Below, piece after piece: positions 52,001 to 61,658 of a stretch of 64,000 bases of DNA (its first letter is position 1; each line of letters starts with the position of its first letter). A program made the position numbers and the translations under genes. The notes under the pieces are model-generated. The model was not told the DNA's origin, did not search any database, and worked only from the letters and a program-made list of their open reading frames with translations. The DNA lies in NCBI GenBank assembly GCA_938005745.1, contig CALLMM010000003.1:10572-74571 (forward strand), in the 5' to 3' direction. The DNA comes from an uncultured Chthonomonadales bacterium. GTDB lineage: Bacteria; Armatimonadota; Chthonomonadetes; Chthonomonadales; CAJBBX01.

Positions 52001-52984
52001 ATGGATGCGCTGGACAGCCTGATACAACAAGCGCAGGAGGAGATACGCGCCGCCGGCTCCTCCTCCACGCTTACACAGATAGAGGTGAAGTATCTGGGGA
52101 GCAAGGGCAGCCTGCAGGCTGCTCTGCGACAGATCGGTACGCTGCCGAAAGAGGAGCGCGCCGCCTATGGCGCGCGGGTCAACAGCGCGAAACAGACGTT
52201 GACCGCACTGCTGGCGCAGCGCGGAGAGGAGCTTGCACGGATCGAGATCGAAGAGCGTCTGCGCGCAGAGGTGATAGATGTTACCATGCCCGCAGGTCGT
52301 CCTTCCATCGCCGGAAGGCGACATCCTCTCACCGCCACGATGGCGCGGTTGAAGCAGACGCTGATCGGGATGGGATTTGAGTTCGTCGAAGGACCGGAAC
52401 TGGAAGACTACGCCTACAACTTCGACGCGCTGAACTATCCCGAAGATCACCCTGCTTTTGACGAGCAGATGACCTTCTATGTGGATGATACGCGGCTGCT
52501 CCGCACGCAGACAACCTCGCTGCAGGGACGAGTGATGGAACGTCGTAAACCGCCTTTCCGGATCGCCACCACCGGTCGCTGCTTCCGCTATGAGGCGGTG
52601 GACGCCACCCATCATCACACCTTTCATCAGGTGGACGTGTTCATGGTGGATGAGGGAATCTCGATGGCGAACCTGAAAGGAACGCTGCGTCAGTTCGCCT
52701 CTGAGATGTTCGGAGGCGAGGTGCAGGTTCGTTTTCGACCGGACTTCTTTCCATTCGTCGAACCGGGAGTAGACTACTCGATCTTCTGGCAGGGGCGATG
52801 GCTGGAACTGGGAGGCGCGGGACTCATTCATCCGAACATTCTGGAGCGATACGGAATCGACTCAGAGCGATACTCCGGCTTTGCCTTCGGGCTGGGAGTT
52901 GAGAGGATCCATATGGTGCGCTACGGCGTGGAGGATCTCCGGCTCTATCTGGAGAACGATCTGCGGTTCCTGAGACAGTTTTAG
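52001..52984 (+). CDS. pheS: Phenylalanine--tRNA ligase alpha subunit
   Basis: Class II motifs (FRYEAVDATHHHTFHQVD; GFAFGLGVERI) and HPLT. 327 aa. Confidence 0.95.
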   Translation: MDALDSLIQQAQEEIRAAGSSSTLTQIEVKYLGSKGSLQAALRQIGTLPKEERAAYGARVNSAKQTLTALLAQRGEELARIEIEERLRAEVIDVTMPAGRPSIAGRRHPLTATMARLKQTLIGMGFEFVEGPELEDYAYNFDALNYPEDHPAFDEQMTFYVDDTRLLRTQTTSLQGRVMERRKPPFRIATTGRCFRYEAVDATHHHTFHQVDVFMVDEGISMANLKGTLRQFASEMFGGEVQVRFRPDFFPFVEPGVDYSIFWQGRWLELGGAGLIHPNILERYGIDSERYSGFAFGLGVERIHMVRYGVEDLRLYLENDLRFLRQF

Positions 52985-53005
52985 CGATCTGACAGGGGGA
53001 TTGAG

Positions 53006-55048
53006 ATGAGATTGCCGGTGGAGTGGATCCGGGAGTACGCACCGTTGACGGAGCCGGCGGAGGAGATAGCCGAAGCCCTGACGATGGCGGGGCTAGAGGC
53101 CGAGGAGAAGGGAGAATCGGCGATCGGTCCGGTGCTTGATATCAAGGTAACGCCGAACCGGGGCGACTGTCTCTCAGTCATCGGCGTTGCGCGTGAGCTG
53201 GGAGCTGCCTTCAAGGCAAGAACCGCGCCTTTCCCGAAAGCCGTCTCCGTATCCGAAGGAGAAGCGGCGCGATACACCTCGGTCACGATTGATGCGCCGG
53301 ACCTCTGCGCCCGTTATGCGGTGCGGATCATCCGCGACGTGAAGGCAGGCGAGTCTCCGGCATGGATGCAGGAGCGGCTTCTAGCGGCGAACATGCGTCC
53401 GGTCAACAACGTGGTGGATGTTACCAACTATGTCATGCTGGAGATGGGGCAGCCGCTCCATGCGTTCGACTACGATCTCCTGAAGGAGAATCGGATCGTA
53501 GTGCGACGGGCAGCGTCTGGCGAGTCGCTGACAACCTTGGACGGAGTCGAGCGCTCCCTGACGCCGGATATGCTGGTCATCTGCGATGCGGAGCGTCCCG
53601 TAGCCATCGCGGGAGTGATGGGGGGCGGAGAGACGGAGATCAGCGACAGCACCACGACCATCCTGCTCGAGTCGGCGCACTTTGCGCCGACTTCGATACG
53701 AAGAACGGCGCGTCTGCTCGGAATGCGGACCGAAGCCTCGTATCGCTTTGAACGGTATGTGGATCCTGAGCTGGTCGTCGCTGCCGCAGACCGCGCCTGC
53801 CAGTTAATCGAGGAGCTGGGAATAGGCGCGGTTATTCCCGGCGTGGCGGATGTCTATCCGCGGCGCGCCGAGACGAGAACGCTCGTGGTTCGACCGGAGA
53901 GAGTCGGGAGGATGATGGGCTATGCGGTTTCGGAGGAGGAGGTTCGCAGCAGTCTGGAGTGGCTGGGGATCTATCCGGCAGACGCTCCGAACAGTTACAT
54001 CACGCCCACCTGGCGCCCCGATCTGATGCGCGAGATTGATCTGGTGGAGGAGGTGGGGCGCGTGCTGGGATATGAGCGGATCCCGGAACAGCTTCCGATA
54101 GGCGTTACCACCGTCGGCAAAGACACCTCCTGGAGCCATTTTGCGGAACAGGTGCGCGACATCTTCACGGGAGCCGGGCTGCAGGAGGTCGTTACGCACA
54201 GCCTCATACGTCCCAGTGTCTATGAGGACTCGCTGCATCAGGACAACCGGATCTCGATCCGGAGCGCGCTCTCCGCCGAGCTTTCGGGCTTGCGCCGCTC
54301 TCTACTGCCCGGTCTGATCGAGACCCTTGACCACAACGCCCGACGCGGTCTTGCTCCCCTTGCCTTTTTTGAGGTGGGCAGAGTGTTTCATCTGACGCGC
54401 AACGGATACGAGGAGACGACGGCGATCGGAGGCGCGCTTGCCGGACCGCTCACGCACGGCTTCTGGCAGAAGTCCTCCGGACAGGCAGCGGCAGACTACT
54501 ACACGGTTCGCGGTCTGGCAGACCGCCTGTTCAATGCGATGCACATTCACGAGGCGCGGTTTCAGCGTAGAGAGGATACGCGGCTGCATCCCGGTCGCGC
54601 CGCCGATATTCTGCTTCATGGAAAGACGATCGGCTATCTGGGCGAACTGCATCCGAGCCTGTCGAAAGAGTTGACAGTTCGCGATCGGGTCTATGTTTTC
54701 GAACTGATGTTTGAACCTCTGCAGGAGGCTTCCCTCAGCGTTCGTCGGTTCAAGCCCTGGTCGGATACGCCAACGGTAACGCGCGATCTCGCCCCCCGCG
54801 TGGATCTCTCGCTCCCGTATGAGCAGATCCATCGGGCGATCGAGGGAACGAAGATCCCCTTCCTGCAGCGGGTGGAGCTGATTGACCTCTACACCGGAAC
54901 CGGGGTCCCGGAGGGGAAGAGGTCGCTCACCCTCTCCTTTACCTTCCAGATGCCGGACAGAACCCTCACCGATGAGGAGGTAAACGAGGCTCTTGCCACG
55001 CTTCGCCGCGCGCTGGAGAGAGAGTGTGGAGCAACCTTTGTCGGGTGA
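53006..55048 (+). CDS. pheT: Phenylalanine--tRNA ligase beta subunit (short form lacking the OB-fold tRNA-binding B2 domain)
   Basis: N-terminal MRLPVEWIREY..., B3/4 TPNRGDCLSVIGVARE, a B5 region, and C-terminal FDX-ACB KRSLTLSFTFQMPDRTLTDEEV. It is 680 aa, versus the ~790 aa I recall as typical for bacterial PheT. Confidence 0.9.
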   Translation: MRLPVEWIREYAPLTEPAEEIAEALTMAGLEAEEKGESAIGPVLDIKVTPNRGDCLSVIGVARELGAAFKARTAPFPKAVSVSEGEAARYTSVTIDAPDLCARYAVRIIRDVKAGESPAWMQERLLAANMRPVNNVVDVTNYVMLEMGQPLHAFDYDLLKENRIVVRRAASGESLTTLDGVERSLTPDMLVICDAERPVAIAGVMGGGETEISDSTTTILLESAHFAPTSIRRTARLLGMRTEASYRFERYVDPELVVAAADRACQLIEELGIGAVIPGVADVYPRRAETRTLVVRPERVGRMMGYAVSEEEVRSSLEWLGIYPADAPNSYITPTWRPDLMREIDLVEEVGRVLGYERIPEQLPIGVTTVGKDTSWSHFAEQVRDIFTGAGLQEVVTHSLIRPSVYEDSLHQDNRISIRSALSAELSGLRRSLLPGLIETLDHNARRGLAPLAFFEVGRVFHLTRNGYEETTAIGGALAGPLTHGFWQKSSGQAAADYYTVRGLADRLFNAMHIHEARFQRREDTRLHPGRAADILLHGKTIGYLGELHPSLSKELTVRDRVYVFELMFEPLQEASLSVRRFKPWSDTPTVTRDLAPRVDLSLPYEQIHRAIEGTKIPFLQRVELIDLYTGTGVPEGKRSLTLSFTFQMPDRTLTDEEVNEALATLRRALERECGATFVG

Positions 55049-55097
55049 CAGAACTCAGTCGCCGCAGGTGGACAAGCAGGCTCTGGCAGCGCGTTTC

Positions 55098-56798
55098 ATG
55101 CGTCAATTGCCGGTTCTGTGTCTGATCGCGCTGGCGCTGGCGCTGCGACTGTGGGGGATAACCTGGGGGCTTCCCGACCAGGACCGCCTCTTCTCCTATC
55201 ATCCCGATGAGGGCGTCAATCTGGTCAGCGGGGTTCTAAAGCAGGGCGAACTTCGCCCCCATCTGGATCTTGGCTTCTACAACTACGGCGGTCTCTACTT
55301 CTATCTGTGGCAGATCGCCGCTGCAGTCAATCGCGCCTACGGGTTCATTCAGGTTCCCGAAAGCTCTGCTTTCTTCTCGAACGCCCCTCCTACCGCTACC
55401 ATCGGCGCGTTGATACTGGTCGGACGCCTTCTGACGGTTCTGCTCGGCGCGATGACGGTCTGGGCGGTCTACGCGCTGGGAGATCGTCTGTTTGGCAGGA
55501 ACACGGGACTGCTTGCCGGGGGCATCTACGCCATCCTTCCAGCGGCAGCGGTTCACGGTCACTTCGCCACGGTGGATGTTCCCGCCACCCTCTTCGCCTC
55601 GCTGGCGCTCCTGTGGGGCGCGAAACAGCTTTCGGGAGCCGATCCCACAGGAGCGGATAAGGACAGACCGGATCACGTGCAGAACTCCGCCCTTCGATCG
55701 CGCCTGCGCTCTCTGGCGACGCCGCTGCTGGCTGGTCTCTTCAGCGGACTGGCGGCGGCGACGAAATACAATGTTGGGCTGGTGATTCTGGCTCCTCTGA
55801 CCGCGCTGATCCTGCGCCGAAAGCTCGCGGCGGGCGTATCGCGATGGGAGACGGTCAGCGTGATCTTCGGCGGGATCGCAGGCTTTCTGCTGGGCTGCCC
55901 GGGGGCGATCATCGAGCGGTCCAAGTTCCTGGAGGATGTGCGTTTCGAGTGGACAAAAACCGGGGAAGGGATGGGGCTGCTCTTCATAGATACGGGCAGC
56001 GGCTGGGTGTATCATCTGCTCTATTCGCTGCGTTTCGGACTCGGGATTCCCCTCCTGCTGCTCTTCCTGGTCTCTCTCTGCCTGGCGTTGATTCGTCGAA
56101 CGCGGCAGGACTGGTACCTGCTCGCCTTTCTGCTGCCCTACTATCTGGTCGTCGGCTTTGCGCAGGTCAAGTTCCTGCGATACATCATTCCTCTTCTGCC
56201 GGTCATCGCCGTTTTAACCGCACGTCTGCTAACGGAACCCTGGCATGACCGACCGGCGGTAGGGCGCGTTCTCGCCTCCATCGGCTCGATCGTTCTGGTT
56301 CTGACGCTGGGCATATCCGCCGGCATGAGCCAGATGATGGCTTCCCCCGACCCGCGCGATCAGGCGTTAAGATACCTGCGCGCCAGTGTTCCGCCCGGCA
56401 GGATCATCGCCTTTGCCACCACGCCCTGGTACTACTCGCCCCCGCTCGCGCCGGGAATGACCGCTCCGAGTCCGATGGTCAGAAGAGAGAGCGCATTACA
56501 GCAGTCCGCCTTCTCCGTGCGTCTTCCGGCGGAGGGGACAGAGTGGGACATGAACGTCTTCCGTCCCGATCCGCCCGACTATGTGATCCTGTCCGACATC
56601 GAGAGCCAGGATGCCCTGCGGCTGGACTGGAAGCCCGCGCAGCCGTTCTTCGCAATGCTTGCCTCCTCCTACACGCCTGTAGTCTTTGAGAACCGTCTGC
56701 GCGTCTTCGGAATACCGATGCGGAAACCCTCCTATGTGCCGAACGACTGGCTCTATGTCTACCCGCGTATCACGCTCTATGCGCGAAGAATACCATGA
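55098..56798 (+). CDS. GT-C fold membrane glycosyltransferase (GT39/ArnT-like)
   Basis: About 12 TM helices. The first periplasmic loop carries YHPDEG, and there is a C-terminal soluble domain. The start ATG 55098 (MRQLPVLCLIALALAL) lies after the pheT stop, and GTG 55068 is an alternative. Confidence 0.7.
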   Translation: MRQLPVLCLIALALALRLWGITWGLPDQDRLFSYHPDEGVNLVSGVLKQGELRPHLDLGFYNYGGLYFYLWQIAAAVNRAYGFIQVPESSAFFSNAPPTATIGALILVGRLLTVLLGAMTVWAVYALGDRLFGRNTGLLAGGIYAILPAAAVHGHFATVDVPATLFASLALLWGAKQLSGADPTGADKDRPDHVQNSALRSRLRSLATPLLAGLFSGLAAATKYNVGLVILAPLTALILRRKLAAGVSRWETVSVIFGGIAGFLLGCPGAIIERSKFLEDVRFEWTKTGEGMGLLFIDTGSGWVYHLLYSLRFGLGIPLLLLFLVSLCLALIRRTRQDWYLLAFLLPYYLVVGFAQVKFLRYIIPLLPVIAVLTARLLTEPWHDRPAVGRVLASIGSIVLVLTLGISAGMSQMMASPDPRDQALRYLRASVPPGRIIAFATTPWYYSPPLAPGMTAPSPMVRRESALQQSAFSVRLPAEGTEWDMNVFRPDPPDYVILSDIESQDALRLDWKPAQPFFAMLASSYTPVVFENRLRVFGIPMRKPSYVPNDWLYVYPRITLYARRIP

Positions 56799-57679
56799 TG
56801 AACCCGCAGGAACCGCTTCACCGCTTCACGAACCATCTGGTAACGGAGCGAGGACTCAGCCGCAACACGGTACAGGCGTACCGCCGAGACCTGGAGCAGT
56901 TCACCGCGTATCTGAACCGGATTGCCCTTCCGCTGGATCAGGTTGACAGAGAGAGCGTTGCCCGGTTTATACGACATCTGAAAGAGGGCGGTCTTTCGGA
57001 TGCCAGCATCGCGCGGAAGCTCTCCGCGCTGAAGATGTTTTCCCGGTTTCTCTGTTCGGAGAAGGTCATTGAAGCCGACTTCACGGAGTTTCTGGAGAGC
57101 CGAAAAACACCGCTGCGCCTCCCAGAGCCGCTCTCCATTGCACGTGTCAGGCGTCTTCTGGACATGCCGGGCAGAGGGACGATCCGCGACCGTGCCATTC
57201 TTGAGCTGCTCTATGCATGCGGCTTGCGTGTCTCTGAACTGGTGTCGCTGCGCGTAGGCGATGTAGACCTTGAACAGAGACGTGTGCGCTGCCTGGGCAA
57301 AGGGGAGAAGGAGCGGCTGATACCCCTGGGAGCGTCCGCCTGCCGCTGGATCGCCGCGCATCTTGCCGAGCGCAGGCGAAGGGGCGATCGTCTGGATCGC
57401 GCCGCGCCGCTCTTTGGCGGAAGAGCCTCCGGCGCGCTGACCCGTCAGTCGGTCTGGCGGATGGTGAAGGCGTATGCAAGACACGCTGGCATTACACAGA
57501 GAGTTACGCCGCATACCCTGCGTCACTCGTTTGCCACGCATCTGCTGGGCGGAGGCGCGGATCTGCGGGTCATACAGGAGCTGCTCGGTCATGCGCGTCT
57601 CTCCACGACACAGAGATACACGCATGTGGATACTTCACGTCTGAAACGGATCTATCGCGCTGCCCATCCCCGGGCATGA
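56795..57679 (+). CDS. Tyrosine recombinase XerC/XerD family
   Basis: N-terminal LVTERGLSRNTVQAYRRDL. Catalytic RHSFATHLL...LLGHARLSTTQRYTHV. The ATG overlaps the upstream stop (ATGA). Confidence 0.9.
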   Translation: MMNPQEPLHRFTNHLVTERGLSRNTVQAYRRDLEQFTAYLNRIALPLDQVDRESVARFIRHLKEGGLSDASIARKLSALKMFSRFLCSEKVIEADFTEFLESRKTPLRLPEPLSIARVRRLLDMPGRGTIRDRAILELLYACGLRVSELVSLRVGDVDLEQRRVRCLGKGEKERLIPLGASACRWIAAHLAERRRRGDRLDRAAPLFGGRASGALTRQSVWRMVKAYARHAGITQRVTPHTLRHSFATHLLGGGADLRVIQELLGHARLSTTQRYTHVDTSRLKRIYRAAHPRA

Positions 57680-57689
57680 GGAGAGTCGC

Positions 57690-58868
57690 ATGAAGATCGA
57701 ACGAGTCTTTGTGATCGTACTCGACGGCGTGGGCATTGGAGAGCTGCCGGATGCAGCAGAGTATGGAGATGAGGGCAGCAATACGCTCTCTCACACAGCG
57801 GAGGCGGTGGGAGGTCTGCATCTGCCGACGCTCCAGAGCCTAGGCATGGGAAACATCATCGCGATTAAAGGCGTCCCTCCCGCCGATATGCCCCGAGCCT
57901 GCTACGGCAAGATGCGTGAGCGGTCTCCGGGAAAGGACTCGGTGACCGGACACTGGGAGATGATGGGAGTGGTGATGGAGTATCCGTTTCCGCTCTATCC
58001 GAAAGGCTTCCCCCCGGAGATCATCCATGAGTTCGAGGTCGCCATCAAGACGAAAACGCTGGGGAATATCCCTGCCTCCGGCACGGAGATCATCTATCAG
58101 CTCGGTCTGGAGCACGAGATGACGGGCTATCCCATCATCTACACCTCCGCGGACAGCGTGTTTCAGATCGCCGCGCATGAGGGGATCATTCCGGTAGAGC
58201 GTCTCTATGAGATGTGCCGGATCGCGCGAAAGATACTGACGGGGCGTCACGGCGTCGGCAGAGTGATCGCCAGACCGTTTGAAGGACATGCGGGAGCGTA
58301 TCGGAGGACCGAGCGGCGCAGAGACTTTCCGCTGGATCCGCCCGCGACTACGCTCGACGCGCTGCAGGCGGCAGGGCATTCGGTTCACGCGATCGGAAAG
58401 ATACGGGAGTTTTTCAATGGTCGCGGCGTCACCACCTGGGACGATACCTCCAACAACGCCGATCATATCGCCGCGCTGATCCATGCCGCGCAGTCGAACC
58501 GCAGTTCGCTGATCTTTGCCAACCTGGAGGACTTCGATATGCTCTTCGGACATCGGAACGAGCCGCAGGGCTTCGCGGATGCTCTGCAGTCCTTCGACGC
58601 TGCGCTTCCGCAGATACTGGAGCCGCTTCAGGAGGGCGATCTGCTGATTCTGACCAACGATCACGGCAACGATCCAACCACGCCCTCTACCGATCATAAT
58701 CGGGAATACGCCTTTCTGCTGGCATACAACCCGCTGCGTCGTCGGGGGCGCAGTCTGGGAGAGCGCGCCAGCTTCAGCGACATCTCCGCAACCATCAGAC
58801 AGGCATTCGATCTTCCGCCGGGGGAGCATGGCGAGAGTTTTCTGTCTGAGGTGCTGGAACATCCATGA
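57690..58868 (+). CDS. deoB: Phosphopentomutase
   Basis: VIVLDGVGIGELPDA...GSNTL and TNDHGNDPT. 392 aa. Confidence 0.9.
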   Translation: MKIERVFVIVLDGVGIGELPDAAEYGDEGSNTLSHTAEAVGGLHLPTLQSLGMGNIIAIKGVPPADMPRACYGKMRERSPGKDSVTGHWEMMGVVMEYPFPLYPKGFPPEIIHEFEVAIKTKTLGNIPASGTEIIYQLGLEHEMTGYPIIYTSADSVFQIAAHEGIIPVERLYEMCRIARKILTGRHGVGRVIARPFEGHAGAYRRTERRRDFPLDPPATTLDALQAAGHSVHAIGKIREFFNGRGVTTWDDTSNNADHIAALIHAAQSNRSSLIFANLEDFDMLFGHRNEPQGFADALQSFDAALPQILEPLQEGDLLILTNDHGNDPTTPSTDHNREYAFLLAYNPLRRRGRSLGERASFSDISATIRQAFDLPPGEHGESFLSEVLEHP

Positions 58869-60175
58869 ATATCAGCGAACTGATTGCGAAAAAGCGAGAT
58901 GGAGGGGAGCATACCTCGGAGGAGATCGAATTTCTGATTCGCTCTCTCGTATCGGGGAAGATGCCGGACTATCAGGCAGCTGCCTGGCTGATGGCTGCCT
59001 ATCTGCAAGGGATGACGCCTGCCGAAACCCTCGCCCTCACCTTCGCCATGCGCGATTCCGGTGAGCGCGTCGGGCGCCGCGAAATACCCGGCTGCAGACT
59101 GGACAAGCACAGCACTGGAGGAGTGGGCGATAAGACGACCCTGGTGTTTGCGCCGCTGCTAGCCGCCGCCGGCATCCCGATCCTCAAGATGTCGGGGCGC
59201 GGGCTGGGGCATACCGGGGGCACCGTAGATAAACTGGAGGCGATACCGGGTTTCCGAACCGATCTGGACATCGAGCAGGCATGCAGACAGACCGCTCAGA
59301 TCGGCGCGGCGCTGATCGGACAGTCGCCGAAACTTGCCCCGGCGGATAAGATACTGTACGGTCTGAGGGATGTAACGGCGACGGTGGACAGCATCCCGCT
59401 GATCGCCTCCAGTATCATGTCGAAGAAGCTGGCGGCAGATCCGGACGGAATACTGCTGGATGTGAAGGTAGGACGCGGCGCATTCATGTCGGACCTTGCC
59501 CGCGCTAGAGAGCTGGCGCAGACGCTGGTAGCGATCGGCAGGGGGGCGGGAATCAAGACGGTTGCCGCCCTCTCCGCCATGGATGAGCCGCTGGGCTATG
59601 CGGTTGGAAACGCGCTGGAGGTGTCAGAGGCGTGCGCGGTACTGACCGGGCGCGGCATGGCGGAGGATCGTTTCCGGGAGCTGTGCCTGCTGCTGGCAGG
59701 TCGCGCCCTCTTCATGGCGGGAAAAGCGGACACTGAACTGGACGGCTATACGCAGGCAGAAAAGTTGCTGCAGAGCGGCGCGGCTGCCGAAAAGTTCATG
59801 CAGATTATCGCGGCGCAGGGAGGCGACCCGGCTGTCGTTCAGGATCCTTCGTTGTTGCCGCAGGCGCCGACGGTTCGGCGGGTCCGTTCGCAGGAAGACG
59901 GCTATGTCGAGACGATAGATGCCAGAGCGATCGGCGCGCTCTGTATGCAGATGGGAGCCGGTCGCGCCCGCAAAGAGGACCCGGTTGATCCTGCGGTCGG
60001 AGCCGTGCTCCGAAAAAAGACGGGCGATCCGGTAGCAAAAGGAGACATCCTTGCCGATCTGCATCTTCGCACAGAGGAGAGTGAAAGTAATTTCGCGGAG
60101 CAGCTTCGCGCGGCGTTTCTCATCTCCGCAGAGATGCCCAGAGCAAAGCCGATCCTCTACGAAGTGATCGGATGA
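58865..60175 (+). CDS. deoA: Pyrimidine-nucleoside (thymidine) phosphorylase
   Basis: KHSTGGVGDKTTL, SGRGLGHTGGTVDKLE. 436 aa. The start overlaps the deoB stop. Confidence 0.9.
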   Translation: MNISELIAKKRDGGEHTSEEIEFLIRSLVSGKMPDYQAAAWLMAAYLQGMTPAETLALTFAMRDSGERVGRREIPGCRLDKHSTGGVGDKTTLVFAPLLAAAGIPILKMSGRGLGHTGGTVDKLEAIPGFRTDLDIEQACRQTAQIGAALIGQSPKLAPADKILYGLRDVTATVDSIPLIASSIMSKKLAADPDGILLDVKVGRGAFMSDLARARELAQTLVAIGRGAGIKTVAALSAMDEPLGYAVGNALEVSEACAVLTGRGMAEDRFRELCLLLAGRALFMAGKADTELDGYTQAEKLLQSGAAAEKFMQIIAAQGGDPAVVQDPSLLPQAPTVRRVRSQEDGYVETIDARAIGALCMQMGAGRARKEDPVDPAVGAVLRKKTGDPVAKGDILADLHLRTEESESNFAEQLRAAFLISAEMPRAKPILYEVIG

Positions 60176-60191
60176 CTGAATGCGGGCTGCG

Positions 60192-60220
60192 TTGACGGTT
60201 CAGGGCAGATGTGTTATAGT
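60192..60220 (+). promoter_or_regulatory. Sigma-70 promoter TTGACG-N17-TATAGT with only a ~5-nt leader before radC
   Basis: TTGACG at 60192-60197, a 17-nt spacer, and TATAGT at 60215-60220. The predicted +1 is near 60227, the radC ATG is at 60232, and there is no SD. Confidence 0.5.
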
Positions 60221-60231
60221 GTCAGGCAGCC

Positions 60232-60939
60232 ATGGGGGAGTTATCAGCAAGTCAACGCTACCTGATCGAGGAGGCAGCTCCGTCGGTTGAAGAGAGACCG
60301 CGCGAAAGACTGATCCGCTACGGCGCGCAGGCGCTCTCATCAACGGAACTGCTCGCCATTGCGCTCCGAACCGGCACGGAAGACCGCTCCGCGCAGGAGA
60401 TGGCGGAGCTTCTTTTACAGAGGTTTCACGGGCTGCGGGGCGTGGCGAAGGCTTCCCTGAAAGAGCTTTCCCGTGTAAAAGGCGTGGGACCCGTAAAGGC
60501 GATGCAGATTGCCGCCTGCGTGGAACTCGGAAGGCGACTGGCTGCGCGTGTCTCCGAGCCGAAACCGATCATCCGCTCCCCGGAAGATGTCGCCGACCTT
60601 CTGATGCCGGAGCTTTCCGGCGAGAAGAAGGAGCATGTGAAGTCGCTGCTTTTGGATACGAAAAACCGCGTGATTAGCGTGAACACGGTCTCCGTCGGGA
60701 GCCTGGATAGCAGCATCGTGCATCCGCGGGAGGTGTTCAAAGACGCTATTGCCGTCAGCGCCGCCAGCATCATTCTGGCGCATAATCATCCCAGCGGCGA
60801 CCCCACTCCCAGTCTGGAGGATAAGCAGATTACTCTCCGGCTGGTTAAGGCGGGAGAGATACTCGGGGTGGAGGTGCTGGATCATCTCATCCTTGGAGAT
60901 GGAAAGTGGGTCAGTCTGAAGCAGACAGGAATGATGTGA
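60232..60939 (+). CDS. radC: RadC-like JAB/JAMM domain protein (UPF0758)
   Basis: HhH segment (LSRVKGVGPVKAMQI) and JAMM motif ILAHNHPSGDPTPS. 235 aa. Confidence 0.9.
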   Translation: MGELSASQRYLIEEAAPSVEERPRERLIRYGAQALSSTELLAIALRTGTEDRSAQEMAELLLQRFHGLRGVAKASLKELSRVKGVGPVKAMQIAACVELGRRLAARVSEPKPIIRSPEDVADLLMPELSGEKKEHVKSLLLDTKNRVISVNTVSVGSLDSSIVHPREVFKDAIAVSAASIILAHNHPSGDPTPSLEDKQITLRLVKAGEILGVEVLDHLILGDGKWVSLKQTGMM

Positions 60940-61589
60940 GCCAGGATAGACAAACGGAGACTCTGGAGAGTATCGCGAGCCGCCTGCGGATTGTTCTGGA
61001 GGCGCGCAACTCCGCACGTGAACAGGTGCTGCGACAGTGTCGGGAGGTGATACGCACCTCCGCGCTGGCAATTCGCGCGGTGCATCGGCAGCAGTTTGAG
61101 GAGTCCGCGCGACTCCTGCAGGAGGCTCGCCGCAACACCGAAAATATTAAAGCCATCCTGATCCCCCATCCGGAACTGCTCTTTGCCGGATATGTGCACG
61201 ACGCTCAGAAAGAGTATGTGGAGGCGGAGGCGGTCTACGCCATTGTTCGCGGCGAACCGCTCCCTTCGCCGGAGCGTCTGGGCGTGGAGGCGGCAGCCTA
61301 TCTGAACGGAATGGCGGAGGCGGGCAGCGAATGCCGCCGTTATGTTCTGGATCGCCTGCGCGCTGGTGAGATCGCCTGCGCCGACCGCCTTCTGGAGGTT
61401 ATGGACGACATCTACTACGAGCTGATCACCTTTGACTTCCCGGACGCTATTACCGGGAACCTGCGCCGTACAACGGATGCCTTCCGCGCCGTCCTTGAGC
61501 GCACTCGCGGAGACCTGACGCTGACCTTTCAGCAGCGCGCTCTGGAAGAGGCGCTGCGTTCCGCCACAGAGAGGTATGGTTCGCACTGA
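60936..61589 (+). CDS. Translin-family-like alpha-helical protein
   Basis: All-helical and about 217 aa. The pattern ...AREQVLRQCREVIRTSALAIRAVHR... and ...AAYLNGMAEAGSECRRYVLDRL... resembles the translin/TRAX YLxGxADxxGELxR helix. GTG at 60936 overlaps the radC TGA (GTGA). The assignment is by eye only. Confidence 0.55.
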   Translation: MSQDRQTETLESIASRLRIVLEARNSAREQVLRQCREVIRTSALAIRAVHRQQFEESARLLQEARRNTENIKAILIPHPELLFAGYVHDAQKEYVEAEAVYAIVRGEPLPSPERLGVEAAAYLNGMAEAGSECRRYVLDRLRAGEIACADRLLEVMDDIYYELITFDFPDAITGNLRRTTDAFRAVLERTRGDLTLTFQQRALEEALRSATERYGSH

Positions 61590-61658
61590 AGCCTGCCGGT
61601 AGAGACGCCATCTGTGATGAAGAGCTTTTCTCCCGTTCCATAAGGAGTAGAAATACCG

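Noticed and set aside
56795-57679. Tyrosine recombinase as the integrase of a mobile element or genomic island
   Set aside because: The sequence has the XerC/XerD-type N-terminal and catalytic motifs. Its start overlaps the upstream housekeeping-context gene, deoB follows 10 nt later, and no flanking direct repeats, tRNA attachment site or phage/IS genes are present.
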